Shown here: positions 1 to 8,099 of the stretch, in pieces
How positions within the stretch are numbered: position 1 is the stretch's first letter
Layout of the letters: every line of letters starts with the position of its first letter
Origin: Caldivirga maquilingensis IC-167
GTDB taxonomy: Archaea; Thermoproteota; Thermoprotei; Thermoproteales; Thermocladiaceae
Length of the DNA: 32,000 bases
NCBI RefSeq assembly: GCF_000018305.1
Contig: NC_009954.1
Coordinates: forward strand, 1,560,001 to 1,592,000
Direction of reading: 5' to 3'
Notes under the pieces: generated by a model
The model's input: only the letters and a program-made list of their open reading frames with translations
The model's database searches: none
What the model was told of the DNA's origin: nothing
Program-made: the position numbers and the translations under genes

Positions 1-139
1 CTAGTTGCAACACATCTTCTACATCTACAGTATCCACTGATATATGCGTCACCATGAAGGTGAATGCGTCAATCTGTGGATATAAAAATGGTTGGCCTCC
101 CCCTTTACTGGTTAATTTCACGAAGACGCAATTAGCCAT
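1..139 (-). CDS. Hypothetical protein, partial: only the N-terminal 46 codons lie in the window and the gene continues past position 1
   Basis: ATG at 139-137 on the minus strand opens a frame (MANCVFVKLTSKGGGQPFLYPQIDAFTFMVTHISVDTVDVEDVLQL...) with no stop before the window edge. A TTTTAAG TATA-like element lies about 30 nt upstream on that strand. No recognisable motif. Confidence 0.3.
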   Translation of the reverse strand, partial: MANCVFVKLTSKGGGQPFLYPQIDAFTFMVTHISVDTVDVEDVLQL

Positions 140-267
140 ATGATGTAATAATTCGCGTAAATTTTGCTTAAAAGGCTACGGAATAATTCACTCATCATGG
201 AGCAGTGTATAGTGGAATTGAATGAAGATCAGTGAACCCGGTGGGATTTGAATCCATGATCTACGGC

Positions 268-630
268 TTAAACTATTGTTATTTGAAAACCTTGACTCAC
301 TAAGTCTGTTAAGGCGTAGTGGTGTTCCTCATCACCTATTAACCTAATGCTCCTAGGCAACTTATCCCTCACGTTTAAGTGGGGTGGTGATGCGCAGTAT
401 CCACATGCACCCAGTATCACGTTCTCCATTAAAGCCCTCTCGTAGGCTGGCCTTAACCCCTTATAAGGGCTTTCAGTAACAGGTATCTTAACCCCTGGCC
501 CATCAAGGTAAACGTAAACATCATTACCAGCCTTCTTAAGCTCCACAGCATAATGAAATGCATGAGCCGCCCTTATTGAATCCACTAGGTTTGATGGATC
601 ACCCATCACTATGAACAGTATCTTAGCCAT
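268..630 (-). CDS. DsrE/DsrF-like (sulfur-relay fold) family protein
   Basis: 120-aa ORF. Its size and pattern (MAKILFIVMGDP..., GACGYC, alternating beta-alpha layout) resemble small DsrE/TusD-type proteins. The family call is from memory of the fold, not from a search. Confidence 0.55.
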   Translation of the reverse strand: MAKILFIVMGDPSNLVDSIRAAHAFHYAVELKKAGNDVYVYLDGPGVKIPVTESPYKGLRPAYERALMENVILGACGYCASPPHLNVRDKLPRSIRLIGDEEHHYALTDLVSQGFQITIV

Positions 631-929
631 ACATGAGCCAAGGCTTAATGATTATTTAAGACTTTTCCACCTATTCAAGTTGCATTAACATAGTTAAGAT
701 ACCTTAGCCAGTAATAGGCTTACCCAGGTACTTCATTAACAGTAATTAGGGGTAGGATTAGCATGTAGAGAGAGTACTCTCCAGATCATTTACCTCAACT
801 ACTGGGGTTATTAGTGTTTGAGCATTTTCATACGGGTTTCCATGCTGGTTTCAGCTGTTGGAAACCGGGAATGTTAAGGTTACACCGAGGATTTTTAAGG
901 CATTATACCGTAAACCCGCTCGACCAAGT

Positions 930-1790
930 ATGAACAGGAAAACCTGGTTAATAGTGGGTGTAGTAACCGTGTTGGTTACAGTGGGTGCACTGGTTCTGGC
1001 TGCCAACGCATACTACTATTACTACTACAGTAACTACTATGGTGGAGTACCGTACTCCGGCCCCTGGGGTATGATGAGTTGGATGTGGGGTTACTGGAGT
1101 GGGTACGTGCATCCAGTGGGCATTAATGCACCTGGTTACGTAAACCCAACGACGGGTTACGCATCGTTCACAATACCCATTAGTAAGGCTGTTAACTTAT
1201 CCATGAGTACCCCAAGTTACGTCCACGTATATAGGAGTAATAACACCATCGTGTTCACCAGTAGTGACATAACACTGGTGGCTTTAGCCATGATGGGTGA
1301 TGACGCCGTTAACATGACTGGTATGCCGCTGCCTGGTTATGCCCACGGTGACGTCTTCGTGATATACGGTCTCATAAACCCAACACTGGTGATACCGCAG
1401 GGTGCTGTTGTTCACGTAATAGTCATTAACCTTGATGACGACATGTACCACAACCTAATAGTAACCGCAGTACCACCACCGTACCCGTATAACGTGATGC
1501 CTTACGTGGGCATGTATGGTGGCTACATGGGCCCAGGCATGATGACCATGATGCAGTGGCTACCGCCAGCTAACTATAATGCTGGCTACGCCTACGGTTA
1601 CGAATACACCATAACCCTCAATGCCCCAGGCACATACTGGTACCTATGCACCTACCCTGGCCACGCACAGGATGGAATGTACGGTGAAGTAATAGTGACT
1701 GGTGATGCTGGTTACCAGGGTTCAGTGAATAGTAATGTTAACGCGTACTACGGGTACCCTGGTATGGGTCCTGGTATGATGGGGTGGTGA
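930..1790 (+). CDS. Membrane-anchored type-1 (blue) copper protein, sulfocyanin-like, with Tyr/Gly/Met-rich segments
   Basis: The C-terminal ligand set C-x4-H-x4-M (YLCTYPGHAQDGMYG) plus an upstream HN histidine (DMYHNLIV) is the cupredoxin/sulfocyanin pattern. There is an N-terminal TM helix (WLIVGVVTVLVTVGALVLAA). The track ORF starts at TTG 858, but ATG 930 sits about 35 nt after a TTTTAAGG TATA-like box and is preferred. Confidence 0.75.
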   Translation: MNRKTWLIVGVVTVLVTVGALVLAANAYYYYYYSNYYGGVPYSGPWGMMSWMWGYWSGYVHPVGINAPGYVNPTTGYASFTIPISKAVNLSMSTPSYVHVYRSNNTIVFTSSDITLVALAMMGDDAVNMTGMPLPGYAHGDVFVIYGLINPTLVIPQGAVVHVIVINLDDDMYHNLIVTAVPPPYPYNVMPYVGMYGGYMGPGMMTMMQWLPPANYNAGYAYGYEYTITLNAPGTYWYLCTYPGHAQDGMYGEVIVTGDAGYQGSVNSNVNAYYGYPGMGPGMMGW

Positions 1791-1792
1791 GT

Positions 1793-2017
1793 ATGCCGTT
1801 CGGTTGCCCATGCATGTGGTGGGGTTGGGGTCCATGGTACATGGGTTGGGGATTCGGGTTCGGTTGGATAATTGGTGCACTACTATTCATACTATTCCTA
1901 ATACTCATAGTGTTAGCCATAGTGTGGATAATTAGGGTAATACTGCGTGGATCAAGTGGACATAATGGGGATAATGGCCACCAGCATAGCAGCCAGCATG
2001 GCGGTATGTGTCATTAA
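1793..2017 (+). CDS. Small single-TM protein with an N-terminal CPC motif and a His-rich, Cys-containing tail (possible metal binding)
   Basis: ATG 1793 lies 2 nt after the cupredoxin stop (TGA 1788-1790). Sequence: MPFGCPCMWWGWGPWYMGWGFGFGW, then a TM helix, then a GHNGDNGHQHSSQHGGMCH tail. Tight coupling suggests co-transcription. Confidence 0.5.
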   Translation: MPFGCPCMWWGWGPWYMGWGFGFGWIIGALLFILFLILIVLAIVWIIRVILRGSSGHNGDNGHQHSSQHGGMCH

Positions 2018-2532
2018 TCACCATTACTCTTAAAATCCTTAACCTTAATAATGTTTCTTCCCTTAACCTTAACCACCTCCACAAGACCCTTCTCCTCAAG
2101 CCTCTTAACAATCCTCCACACCCTAACCTTACTCAACCCTAAATCCCTAGTTAACTGGTACTGGTAAACCTCACCACCGGACTTAACTATATACCTAAGA
2201 ACATCACGCTCCTGCCTTGGGAGTAGTCTTAAAACACGTTCAAGATCATTAACAGGTTCAGCGTTGGTTGATGCATTAACACTGGTTGATAACACCGCTG
2301 CATGATTACGCCTACCCATCATTGGTACGAATATGAGTAGTGCACCAATCACGAGTAGTGCCGTTGGTAGGAGTAGTGGGTAGTAGGCTAGGAAACCACC
2401 CATCATACCCATCATGTGGTAGTAGGCCATGCGGTTAATCATAACTAAACCACCGTAGATGAGTAATAAGCCTATGATGATTAATGAGGCACCAACCACA
2501 AGTAAAATAGTGTGTACAGCATCACTAGTCAT
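2014..2532 (-). CDS. Membrane-tethered winged-helix transcriptional regulator (N-terminal TM helices with a Met-rich loop, C-terminal wHTH)
   Basis: The C-terminus DVLRYIVKSGGEVYQYQLTRDLGLSKVRVWRIVKRLEEKGLVEV is a typical MarR/TrmB-like wHTH. The N-terminus has 2-3 TM segments flanking AYYHMMGMMGGFLAYY. A TTTATAAA box lies about 27 nt upstream of the ATG (leaderless). The stop overlaps the convergent stop of the 1793..2017 gene. Confidence 0.65.
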   Translation of the reverse strand: MTSDAVHTILLVVGASLIIIGLLLIYGGLVMINRMAYYHMMGMMGGFLAYYPLLLPTALLVIGALLIFVPMMGRRNHAAVLSTSVNASTNAEPVNDLERVLRLLPRQERDVLRYIVKSGGEVYQYQLTRDLGLSKVRVWRIVKRLEEKGLVEVVKVKGRNIIKVKDFKSNGD

Positions 2533-2646
2533 TAGTTAATTAACATTACGCGCATTTATAAATCCTTCCCGGGATAAGTGGAATCATGGGTTTACCTTAA
2601 TGCTTTAATTTAAAACCCGCATCCTGGATTAGGGTTTAGGCGTGGG

Positions 2647-3699
2647 CTATGGCTTAATTAACCCATTGCTCACTGCACGCTTAACCATTGGGTCATTAAT
2701 TACGTAGCCACCATTAACCTTACTAATTAACCCCATATCCATTAGGCTCTTAATCACGTTACTTAACGCAGTGTCATTTATTGAACCAAGCCTGGCATTC
2801 ACGTAACGCTTAATGGAGCCCCATGTTGATGAACCCATGGCTACGGATTCAAGAACAGCCACAAACCTAGCCCTAGCTGCACCATGGATCTCCAGTGCCT
2901 TATTCACCTCGGATGCGGCCAGTAGTGTTGCCTCATGGATTATCTCCTCAAGGCTTTTACCACGCCTAGTATACTCGTACCCGAACATTGTTAACCAGCC
3001 GATTACCCCATCTAATTCATTAACAGCCCTTTCAATAACATCATCATTAACCTTCACATTAACCTGCTCAAATCCCCTCCTCAGGAACTCCATGGATTTA
3101 CCCCTAGGTAAAGGCTTAATCCTAATCTCATGTATCGACCTACCGTAGAGGGGTGATTCAGGGTCATTAAGCCTAAGAAACCTATACAACAACCCCACCT
3201 CCGAGCCTGAGATGACTACCCTCACGTTAACGTGATCGTAAATGTAGGCTAATAATTCATCAAACCTATAATTAGTGTTTCTAAGTAATTGAGCCTCATC
3301 AATAACCAACACAGTATTGCTTAAACCCTCAATAATGCTAAGTAATGCGCTCCTAACCTTCAACTTAACCTTAAGCCTAAACCCCAGGGCCCCAACCTCC
3401 AGGAAATCAAACCTACCCAGTATTCCCCTTAGCGTGGAGTCCTTACTCATTTCATTGATTATCAACTCCATGAAACCTCTCAGGGTTGGTTTATCACCAA
3501 GTAGCCTGCAGTCAATGAATATGTGATTAACGCCTAATTCATTAAGTCCAGTAAGCATTAGTGATGTCTTACCATACCTCCTAAGCCCAGTAACCAGGGT
3601 TATTTTATAATTCCTAACAGACTCCTGAAACTCGTGAAGCAGCTCATCGTAATCATAGAAATCCTCCCTCCTCCTCTTGGGCTCCGGGTCGAAGTACAT
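2647..3699 (-). CDS. Archaeal ATPase family protein (AAA-type, Arch_ATPase-like) with a C-terminal DUF234-like wHTH
   Basis: Walker A-like GLRRYGKTSL, Walker B VLVIDEAQ, and the characteristic MYFDPEPKRRREDFYDYDEL N-terminus (compare the F.DRE..l motif of this family). Confidence 0.75.
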   Translation of the reverse strand: MYFDPEPKRRREDFYDYDELLHEFQESVRNYKITLVTGLRRYGKTSLMLTGLNELGVNHIFIDCRLLGDKPTLRGFMELIINEMSKDSTLRGILGRFDFLEVGALGFRLKVKLKVRSALLSIIEGLSNTVLVIDEAQLLRNTNYRFDELLAYIYDHVNVRVVISGSEVGLLYRFLRLNDPESPLYGRSIHEIRIKPLPRGKSMEFLRRGFEQVNVKVNDDVIERAVNELDGVIGWLTMFGYEYTRRGKSLEEIIHEATLLAASEVNKALEIHGAARARFVAVLESVAMGSSTWGSIKRYVNARLGSINDTALSNVIKSLMDMGLISKVNGGYVINDPMVKRAVSNGLIKP

Positions 3700-3915
3700 T
3701 GCACTAAGCCCCCTTAGTTACTAAACCCCCTTAGTGTTTTTATCCCTTACTTAATCCTCAATGCGCATGCACTTAACGTGAATTTTTCACGGGTATTTAG
3801 GAAACTTACCATGAATTAGGGGGATTTTGAAGAATGCTTAATTAGCGTTTACGTTACCTAGTACGTGGATTTAGCGTGCATTGGTATCATGAATAAGCCT
3901 TAATAAGTCATGTGA

Positions 3916-5142
3916 ATGGATAAGGCTGTGAGTTCAATACCTAGGGTGAGCCTGATCACCATGGTCATGGGGTTGGGATTACTGGTATTTGGTGGTTTAC
4001 TGGGTATATCCATGCTGTGGCAGGGGCAGGGTATTGGGTTATTGAGGGTACTGCTACCATACACTGACTCCCACTGGTTCATCATGGTTTACGGCTTCTT
4101 CCTGGCTTTAATCGGTAATGAAATACTAGTGGTACTTTCCATGGAGTGGAGTGGTAGACCAGCCATACTGGATCTTCAATTATTCTTCCTAATAATGCTG
4201 GCTTCATCAATCACACTGCGTATCCTAGGCCTCCACTACCTATCCTACGTATTAACCGCGTTGGCGTTTCTACCATTAGTATTCCACGTTAAGACCACGT
4301 ACCTGAAGTCATCTATCCTAGGGCTTAAACCAACACTATACAATTACTTGATATTAACCACATTAATCATAACGGTGGGTGTAATTCTCTATGCGGCATA
4401 CGGGTCATTGAATGGGGTTACAGTGTACGTTCCCATAATGAGCCTAGTCTTCCCAGTGGGCACTATACTGGCTATACTCGTTAGGGACCTGTCACTGATC
4501 ACGGGTGTCAGGGTTTCAGTACCAGGTTACTATCATGTGTTAATGTACTCGTTAGTAATCATAGGTGTATTATCAATGCCAACACTAGCGTACACGCAGT
4601 ACTCTATAATACCCGCGTCCCTAATAATAATGGGTTCAATAATGGCGATACTGGGTTCAGGGCTTTTAAGGGCTAAGACCAGTAGGCCTTTATCCATCAT
4701 TGAGCTTTACACTGCGTTCTCATGGTTAATGGCCTCAGGTACATTAATCATCACTGCTCAATTAACCAATAAGCCCTGGGATTACGTGGATGCCTTCATC
4801 CACTCAATAACCCTAGGCTTCCTCTTCAACGTAATATTCGGTGTAGACGTCATACTCACCGACTGGCTCCTGGCATATGGAGGTAGGGGTGGTGCGGTTA
4901 CCGTGAGGGTGGGTAGGTCAATGCGTAGGTCAATACCAAAGGCACTAATACTACCATACATGCTACTGAATCTCGGTGTAGCCCTGAGGGTAATCTACGA
5001 CATAGCCCTAATACCATGGGCAGGCGCATTAACCGGTGTGTTAAGTGGCCTTGGTATACTGGCGTTTCTCGGATATAACATGGGGAGGGTAGTAATTAAT
5101 CAAGCACCCTGGTTAAAACTAAGTAAATTAGAAAGACCCTAA
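3916..5142 (+). CDS. Polytopic integral membrane protein, function unknown (about 11-12 predicted TM helices)
   Basis: 408-aa ORF, almost entirely hydrophobic helices. No signature motif recognised. Confidence 0.55.
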   Translation: MDKAVSSIPRVSLITMVMGLGLLVFGGLLGISMLWQGQGIGLLRVLLPYTDSHWFIMVYGFFLALIGNEILVVLSMEWSGRPAILDLQLFFLIMLASSITLRILGLHYLSYVLTALAFLPLVFHVKTTYLKSSILGLKPTLYNYLILTTLIITVGVILYAAYGSLNGVTVYVPIMSLVFPVGTILAILVRDLSLITGVRVSVPGYYHVLMYSLVIIGVLSMPTLAYTQYSIIPASLIIMGSIMAILGSGLLRAKTSRPLSIIELYTAFSWLMASGTLIITAQLTNKPWDYVDAFIHSITLGFLFNVIFGVDVILTDWLLAYGGRGGAVTVRVGRSMRRSIPKALILPYMLLNLGVALRVIYDIALIPWAGALTGVLSGLGILAFLGYNMGRVVINQAPWLKLSKLERP

Positions 5143-5202
5143 CCCCCTTACGCTCCAAGTAACCATTAATTCACCCAGTCCTCCCTAGGCGTATTCAACG
5201 TT

Positions 5203-5271
5203 ATCATTAATTCACTTAAAAACATCCCAACAACGTTATGGGTAAGGTATCTTAAATCCTCCTGATAATCA
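5203..5271. repeat. Left copy of a 69-bp direct repeat (att-like) flanking the 3-gene cassette
   Basis: atcattaattcacttaaaaacatcccaacaacgttatgggtaaggtatcttaaatcc[t]cctgataatca recurs at 6889..6957 with a single T/C difference. Confidence 0.9.
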
Positions 5272-5439
5272 CGCGGACTTCTGCATGGCTGTAAGCAGCG
5301 ATGTTAATCTGACTCCTTCAATAATCTGGCCCCCCAGTCCTGAAGGCAGGGTTCCCCCTTCCTTAACCATCGCTGTTAATGATTTTTATACGGAAATATT
5401 TAAATACGTGTAATTTTTTAGTTACACTGATGGAAATGT

Positions 5440-5754
5440 ATGGGAAAAAAGAGACTGGAGGAAATGGCCTCCATAATGGATGGCCTAGGCCATCCGTTGC
5501 GGTTAAGGATAATAGCAATACTGGCCATGAATGGCTCGCTTTACCTATCGGATATAGCGAAGAGACTGGGAGTGAGCCGGGCCTTGGCAAAGGTTCACTT
5601 GGTGAAGCTGCAGAAGGCAGGCTTGGTGAGAAGCAGCGTGAGATTGATGGATGGAGAGGCAAAGGCATTGAGGTATTACGAATTAGTGGACTTCAATATA
5701 ACCGTGAATCCCCGCATAATAGTGGAACTGGCGGGTGGTGGAGATGAGCAGTAA
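5440..5754 (+). CDS. ArsR-family wHTH transcriptional regulator
   Basis: LGHPLRLRIIAILAMNGSLYLSDIAKRLGVSRALAKVHLVKLQKAGLV is the canonical ArsR/SmtB HTH. TATA-like boxes (TTTTATAC, ATTTAAATA) lie upstream. An alternative start is ATG 5464. Confidence 0.8.
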   Translation: MGKKRLEEMASIMDGLGHPLRLRIIAILAMNGSLYLSDIAKRLGVSRALAKVHLVKLQKAGLVRSSVRLMDGEAKALRYYELVDFNITVNPRIIVELAGGGDEQ

Positions 5755-6034
5755 ATATGACAGGGGCTTCATAGTGGAAACGGCCATAGTGTGGGTTGTT
5801 GTGGGGATCAGCGTGGTAGCCATGGTGATGTATGCGGGGATTACGGGCGTGGTCTTTTCCTTCGTGGTTCTGGTGGTGGGCGTCACCTCATGGAGCAGGA
5901 TAATCAGGTCAAAGGAGGAGTCACACTCAATTGGGCAGGCAAGCGATGTCAGTAAGTCCATTGAGGAATTAAGCGAGCAAATGCAGTTGCTTAACGAGAG
6001 GATAAAGGAGCTCGAGAAGGAGCTCCAGGAGTGA
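5741..6034 (+). CDS. Small membrane protein with a C-terminal coiled coil
   Basis: Two TM helices (IVWVVVGISVVAMVMYAGITGVVFSFVVLVVGV) are followed by SIEELSEQMQLLNERIKELEKELQE. It overlaps the ArsR stop and the next gene's start (GTGA), consistent with an operon. Confidence 0.55.
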   Translation, partial: EMSSKYDRGFIVETAIVWVVVGISVVAMVMYAGITGVVFSFVVLVVGVTSWSRIIRSKEESHSIGQASDVSKSIEELSEQMQLLNERIKELEKELQE

Positions 6035-6870
6035 ATATGAGGCTTGAGACCAAGGCAGTGATATTAGTGCTGGCAGTGGCCGTCGCCTCGCTTCTCCTCA
6101 GCATCTTCATAGGCCACGTAATAAGTGGGACGGTATCTATTACGTCTGAATACATCCCCATTAATCACACGCATCATATATATATTAGCGCGGATGATTC
6201 GGCAGGTAACTTAACAATCCGCTCCTATGCCGGCCAATCGCTCGAAGTGATTGAGATTAAACGCTCAATTTTATGCCCACCGAACTATTTGCATTACGCC
6301 GCCTCAGAGGCCGAGGGCTCGCTTTACCTAAGTATAAGGTCCAGCGAGCAATTCTATTGGTGGCCAAGTTGGCTATGCTCCATTAGCTTAGTTTTACTGA
6401 TCCCCCGCTCTCAATTCCTTGAATTAATATCTATTAACGGCACCAATGGATTTGTCTCGCTAAATGGAACCAAGATAACGGCGGCTAGGATAGGCCTTGT
6501 TAATGGAATGGTTTACCTGGATGACATGAATATATCGAGCCTCCGCATATCCCTGGTCAATGGCGTGGCTCTCCTCATGAATTCCAGCTCTAATGATGCG
6601 GCAATATCAATAGTTAATGGCGTTGCCAATCTATCGTTGTCCGGCCATTACGGTAAATACTCCGTTTCAGTTATTAACGGTGTAGTGAACTCCATCGTTC
6701 CGGTGAACTCGTCAATATCGATATCCGCTGACAACGGTAAATTAATCATTGAAACCCCAACTGGGATAGAAAAATATGCGGGCGTATCATTATTATATAC
6801 AGAGGGCCTCGGCTCCCCCTCATTCACGGCCTCCGTGGTCAATGGGGTTATTAACGTGCATGAACATTGA
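6031..6870 (+). CDS. DUF4097-like beta-strand repeat protein (putative adhesin/LiaG-like fold) with an N-terminal TM anchor
   Basis: Repeated (I/L/V)VNG(V/M) strands: LVNGMVYL, LVNGVALL, IVNGVANL, VINGVVNS, VVNGVINV. There is an N-terminal signal anchor, and the gene is translationally coupled to the upstream gene. Confidence 0.55.
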   Translation: MNMRLETKAVILVLAVAVASLLLSIFIGHVISGTVSITSEYIPINHTHHIYISADDSAGNLTIRSYAGQSLEVIEIKRSILCPPNYLHYAASEAEGSLYLSIRSSEQFYWWPSWLCSISLVLLIPRSQFLELISINGTNGFVSLNGTKITAARIGLVNGMVYLDDMNISSLRISLVNGVALLMNSSSNDAAISIVNGVANLSLSGHYGKYSVSVINGVVNSIVPVNSSISISADNGKLIIETPTGIEKYAGVSLLYTEGLGSPSFTASVVNGVINVHEH

Positions 6871-6888
6871 ATCCCTTCTCAATTGAGG

Positions 6889-6957
6889 ATCATTAATTCA
6901 CTTAAAAACATCCCAACAACGTTATGGGTAAGGTATCTTAAATCCCCCTGATAATCA
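6889..6957. repeat. Right copy of the 69-bp direct repeat
   Basis: Matches 5203..5271 with one mismatch. It lies 19 bp after the cassette's last stop codon and 38 bp before the next host gene. Confidence 0.9.
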
Positions 6958-6994
6958 ACGGAAGGCTTTTATAGGTCCTTATCGTTATCGGTTT

Positions 6995-7780
6995 ATGATT
7001 AATCAAACCAACATCAGCTTCAAATCCTACGACGGCTCAAGTATAAGCGCCTTCCTCGCGTCACCTGAATCCTATAAGTCAGCGGTAATAGTTATTCACG
7101 AGATCTTTGGGATAACTGAGTATATTAGGAATGTTGCACGTAGATTAGCCTCACTGGGCTACCTAGCCGTGGCCCCAAACCTATACTCAAGGCGTAGTGA
7201 TGTATTGAATGAGAGTAATATAGCCAGTGTAATGAGAATGTTCTGGTCAATACCACCGGAGAGGAGGAGTGATCCAAACGCTATCAAGGAGTTGATTAAT
7301 AGTTTGAGCCCAACTGAGAGGATTATTGCCGAGGAGCTTGTGCTTAATAGGGAGTCCACTGAGGAGCGCATGGTTAAGGATATTGAGGCGACCTTCAACT
7401 ACATTAAGGAGACTTATAAGCCAATTAAACTTGGGGTAATTGGATTCTGCATGGGTGGTGGCTTAGCCTTCGAATCATTAACAAGACTACCCTTCGATGC
7501 AGGAGTCATATACTATGGTAGGGCTCCAAGGAACCTAGACGCCATAGCCAACATTAAGGCTGCGGTACTAGCAATATACGCTGGTAACGATCCGGGAATA
7601 AACCAGGGAGTCCCCAGTTTAATTGAGGCCGTGTTTAAGCATGGTTTACGCTTCGAAATGGTAATCTACCCAGGGACAAGACACGCCTTCGCCACTGAGG
7701 GTGGCCCAGCATATAATGAGGAGGCTGCTAAGGACGCCTGGGAGAGGACGGTTAACTTCTTCAAGAAGCACCTAGGGTGA
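6995..7780 (+). CDS. Dienelactone hydrolase family protein (alpha/beta hydrolase)
   Basis: AVIVIHEIFGI, the nucleophile elbow GFCMGG, and a C-terminal YPGTRHAF histidine motif are typical of the DLH family. A CTTTTATAGG TATA-like box lies about 25 nt upstream. Confidence 0.8.
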   Translation: MINQTNISFKSYDGSSISAFLASPESYKSAVIVIHEIFGITEYIRNVARRLASLGYLAVAPNLYSRRSDVLNESNIASVMRMFWSIPPERRSDPNAIKELINSLSPTERIIAEELVLNRESTEERMVKDIEATFNYIKETYKPIKLGVIGFCMGGGLAFESLTRLPFDAGVIYYGRAPRNLDAIANIKAAVLAIYAGNDPGINQGVPSLIEAVFKHGLRFEMVIYPGTRHAFATEGGPAYNEEAAKDAWERTVNFFKKHLG

Positions 7781-8099
7781 TCAACGTGGATAAGGATAAT
7801 GAGGCAAAGGGTAGTGTAGTATTCGACTGCTTCTTAACATGGGTTGAATTACTTGAGGAGGCTGAGAAGAAGCGTGGGGGTAAGCCTCAACGTAACCAAG
7901 AATCCAAGTAACCTTGACTCAGCACCAGTATTAAGTTAAAATCATGGCTTGAATTCACTACATGAGTACTGGTGACTAGTCGTTACTTTACTGCTTTATC
8001 ATTGATTCACCGCATTATTAATGATTCACTTTCCCACGGCAATTAACGGAATTATTCTTAGAAAATTTAAATTGAGTCAGATATTAGGCCTCATAATTA

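Noticed and set aside
243-255. GGGATTTGAATCC, resembling a tRNA T-loop
   Set aside because: The flanking bases do not form a T-stem or acceptor stem, and the sequence overlaps the region of the DsrE-like gene's 3' end.
835-866. 7-bp inverted repeat GGTTTCC...GGAAACC upstream of the cupredoxin gene
   Set aside because: It is too short, with an 18-nt spacer, and could easily arise by chance. It is not reported as an operator.
858-929. TTG-initiated extension of the cupredoxin ORF
   Set aside because: ATG 930 immediately precedes the TM anchor and is correctly spaced from a TATA-like box. The extension has no features of a signal or domain.
2813-3526. Plus-strand ORFs 2813..3148 and 3317..3526, and similar antisense ORFs elsewhere (1738..1920, 3900..4085, 5683..5961, 6648..6842, 7159..7398, 9050..9280, 14267..14497, 15942..16139, 16447..16632, 17013..17213, 18354..18701, 19237..19487, 24556..24801, 27004..27201)
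   Set aside because: Each is fully embedded in, or antisense to, a longer ORF with recognisable domains, and all have biased shadow-frame composition.
5363-5747. Two track ORFs (5363..5668 minus, 5379..5747 plus) overlapping the ArsR gene
   Set aside because: They are Pro/Ser/Gly-rich shadow frames of a GC-richer region. The 5440..5754 frame has a textbook ArsR HTH, so the others are treated as non-coding.
7786-7911. 41-aa GTG-initiated ORF just after the dienelactone hydrolase gene
   Set aside because: It has no motif, a non-ATG start and no promoter signal, so it cannot be supported from sequence alone.
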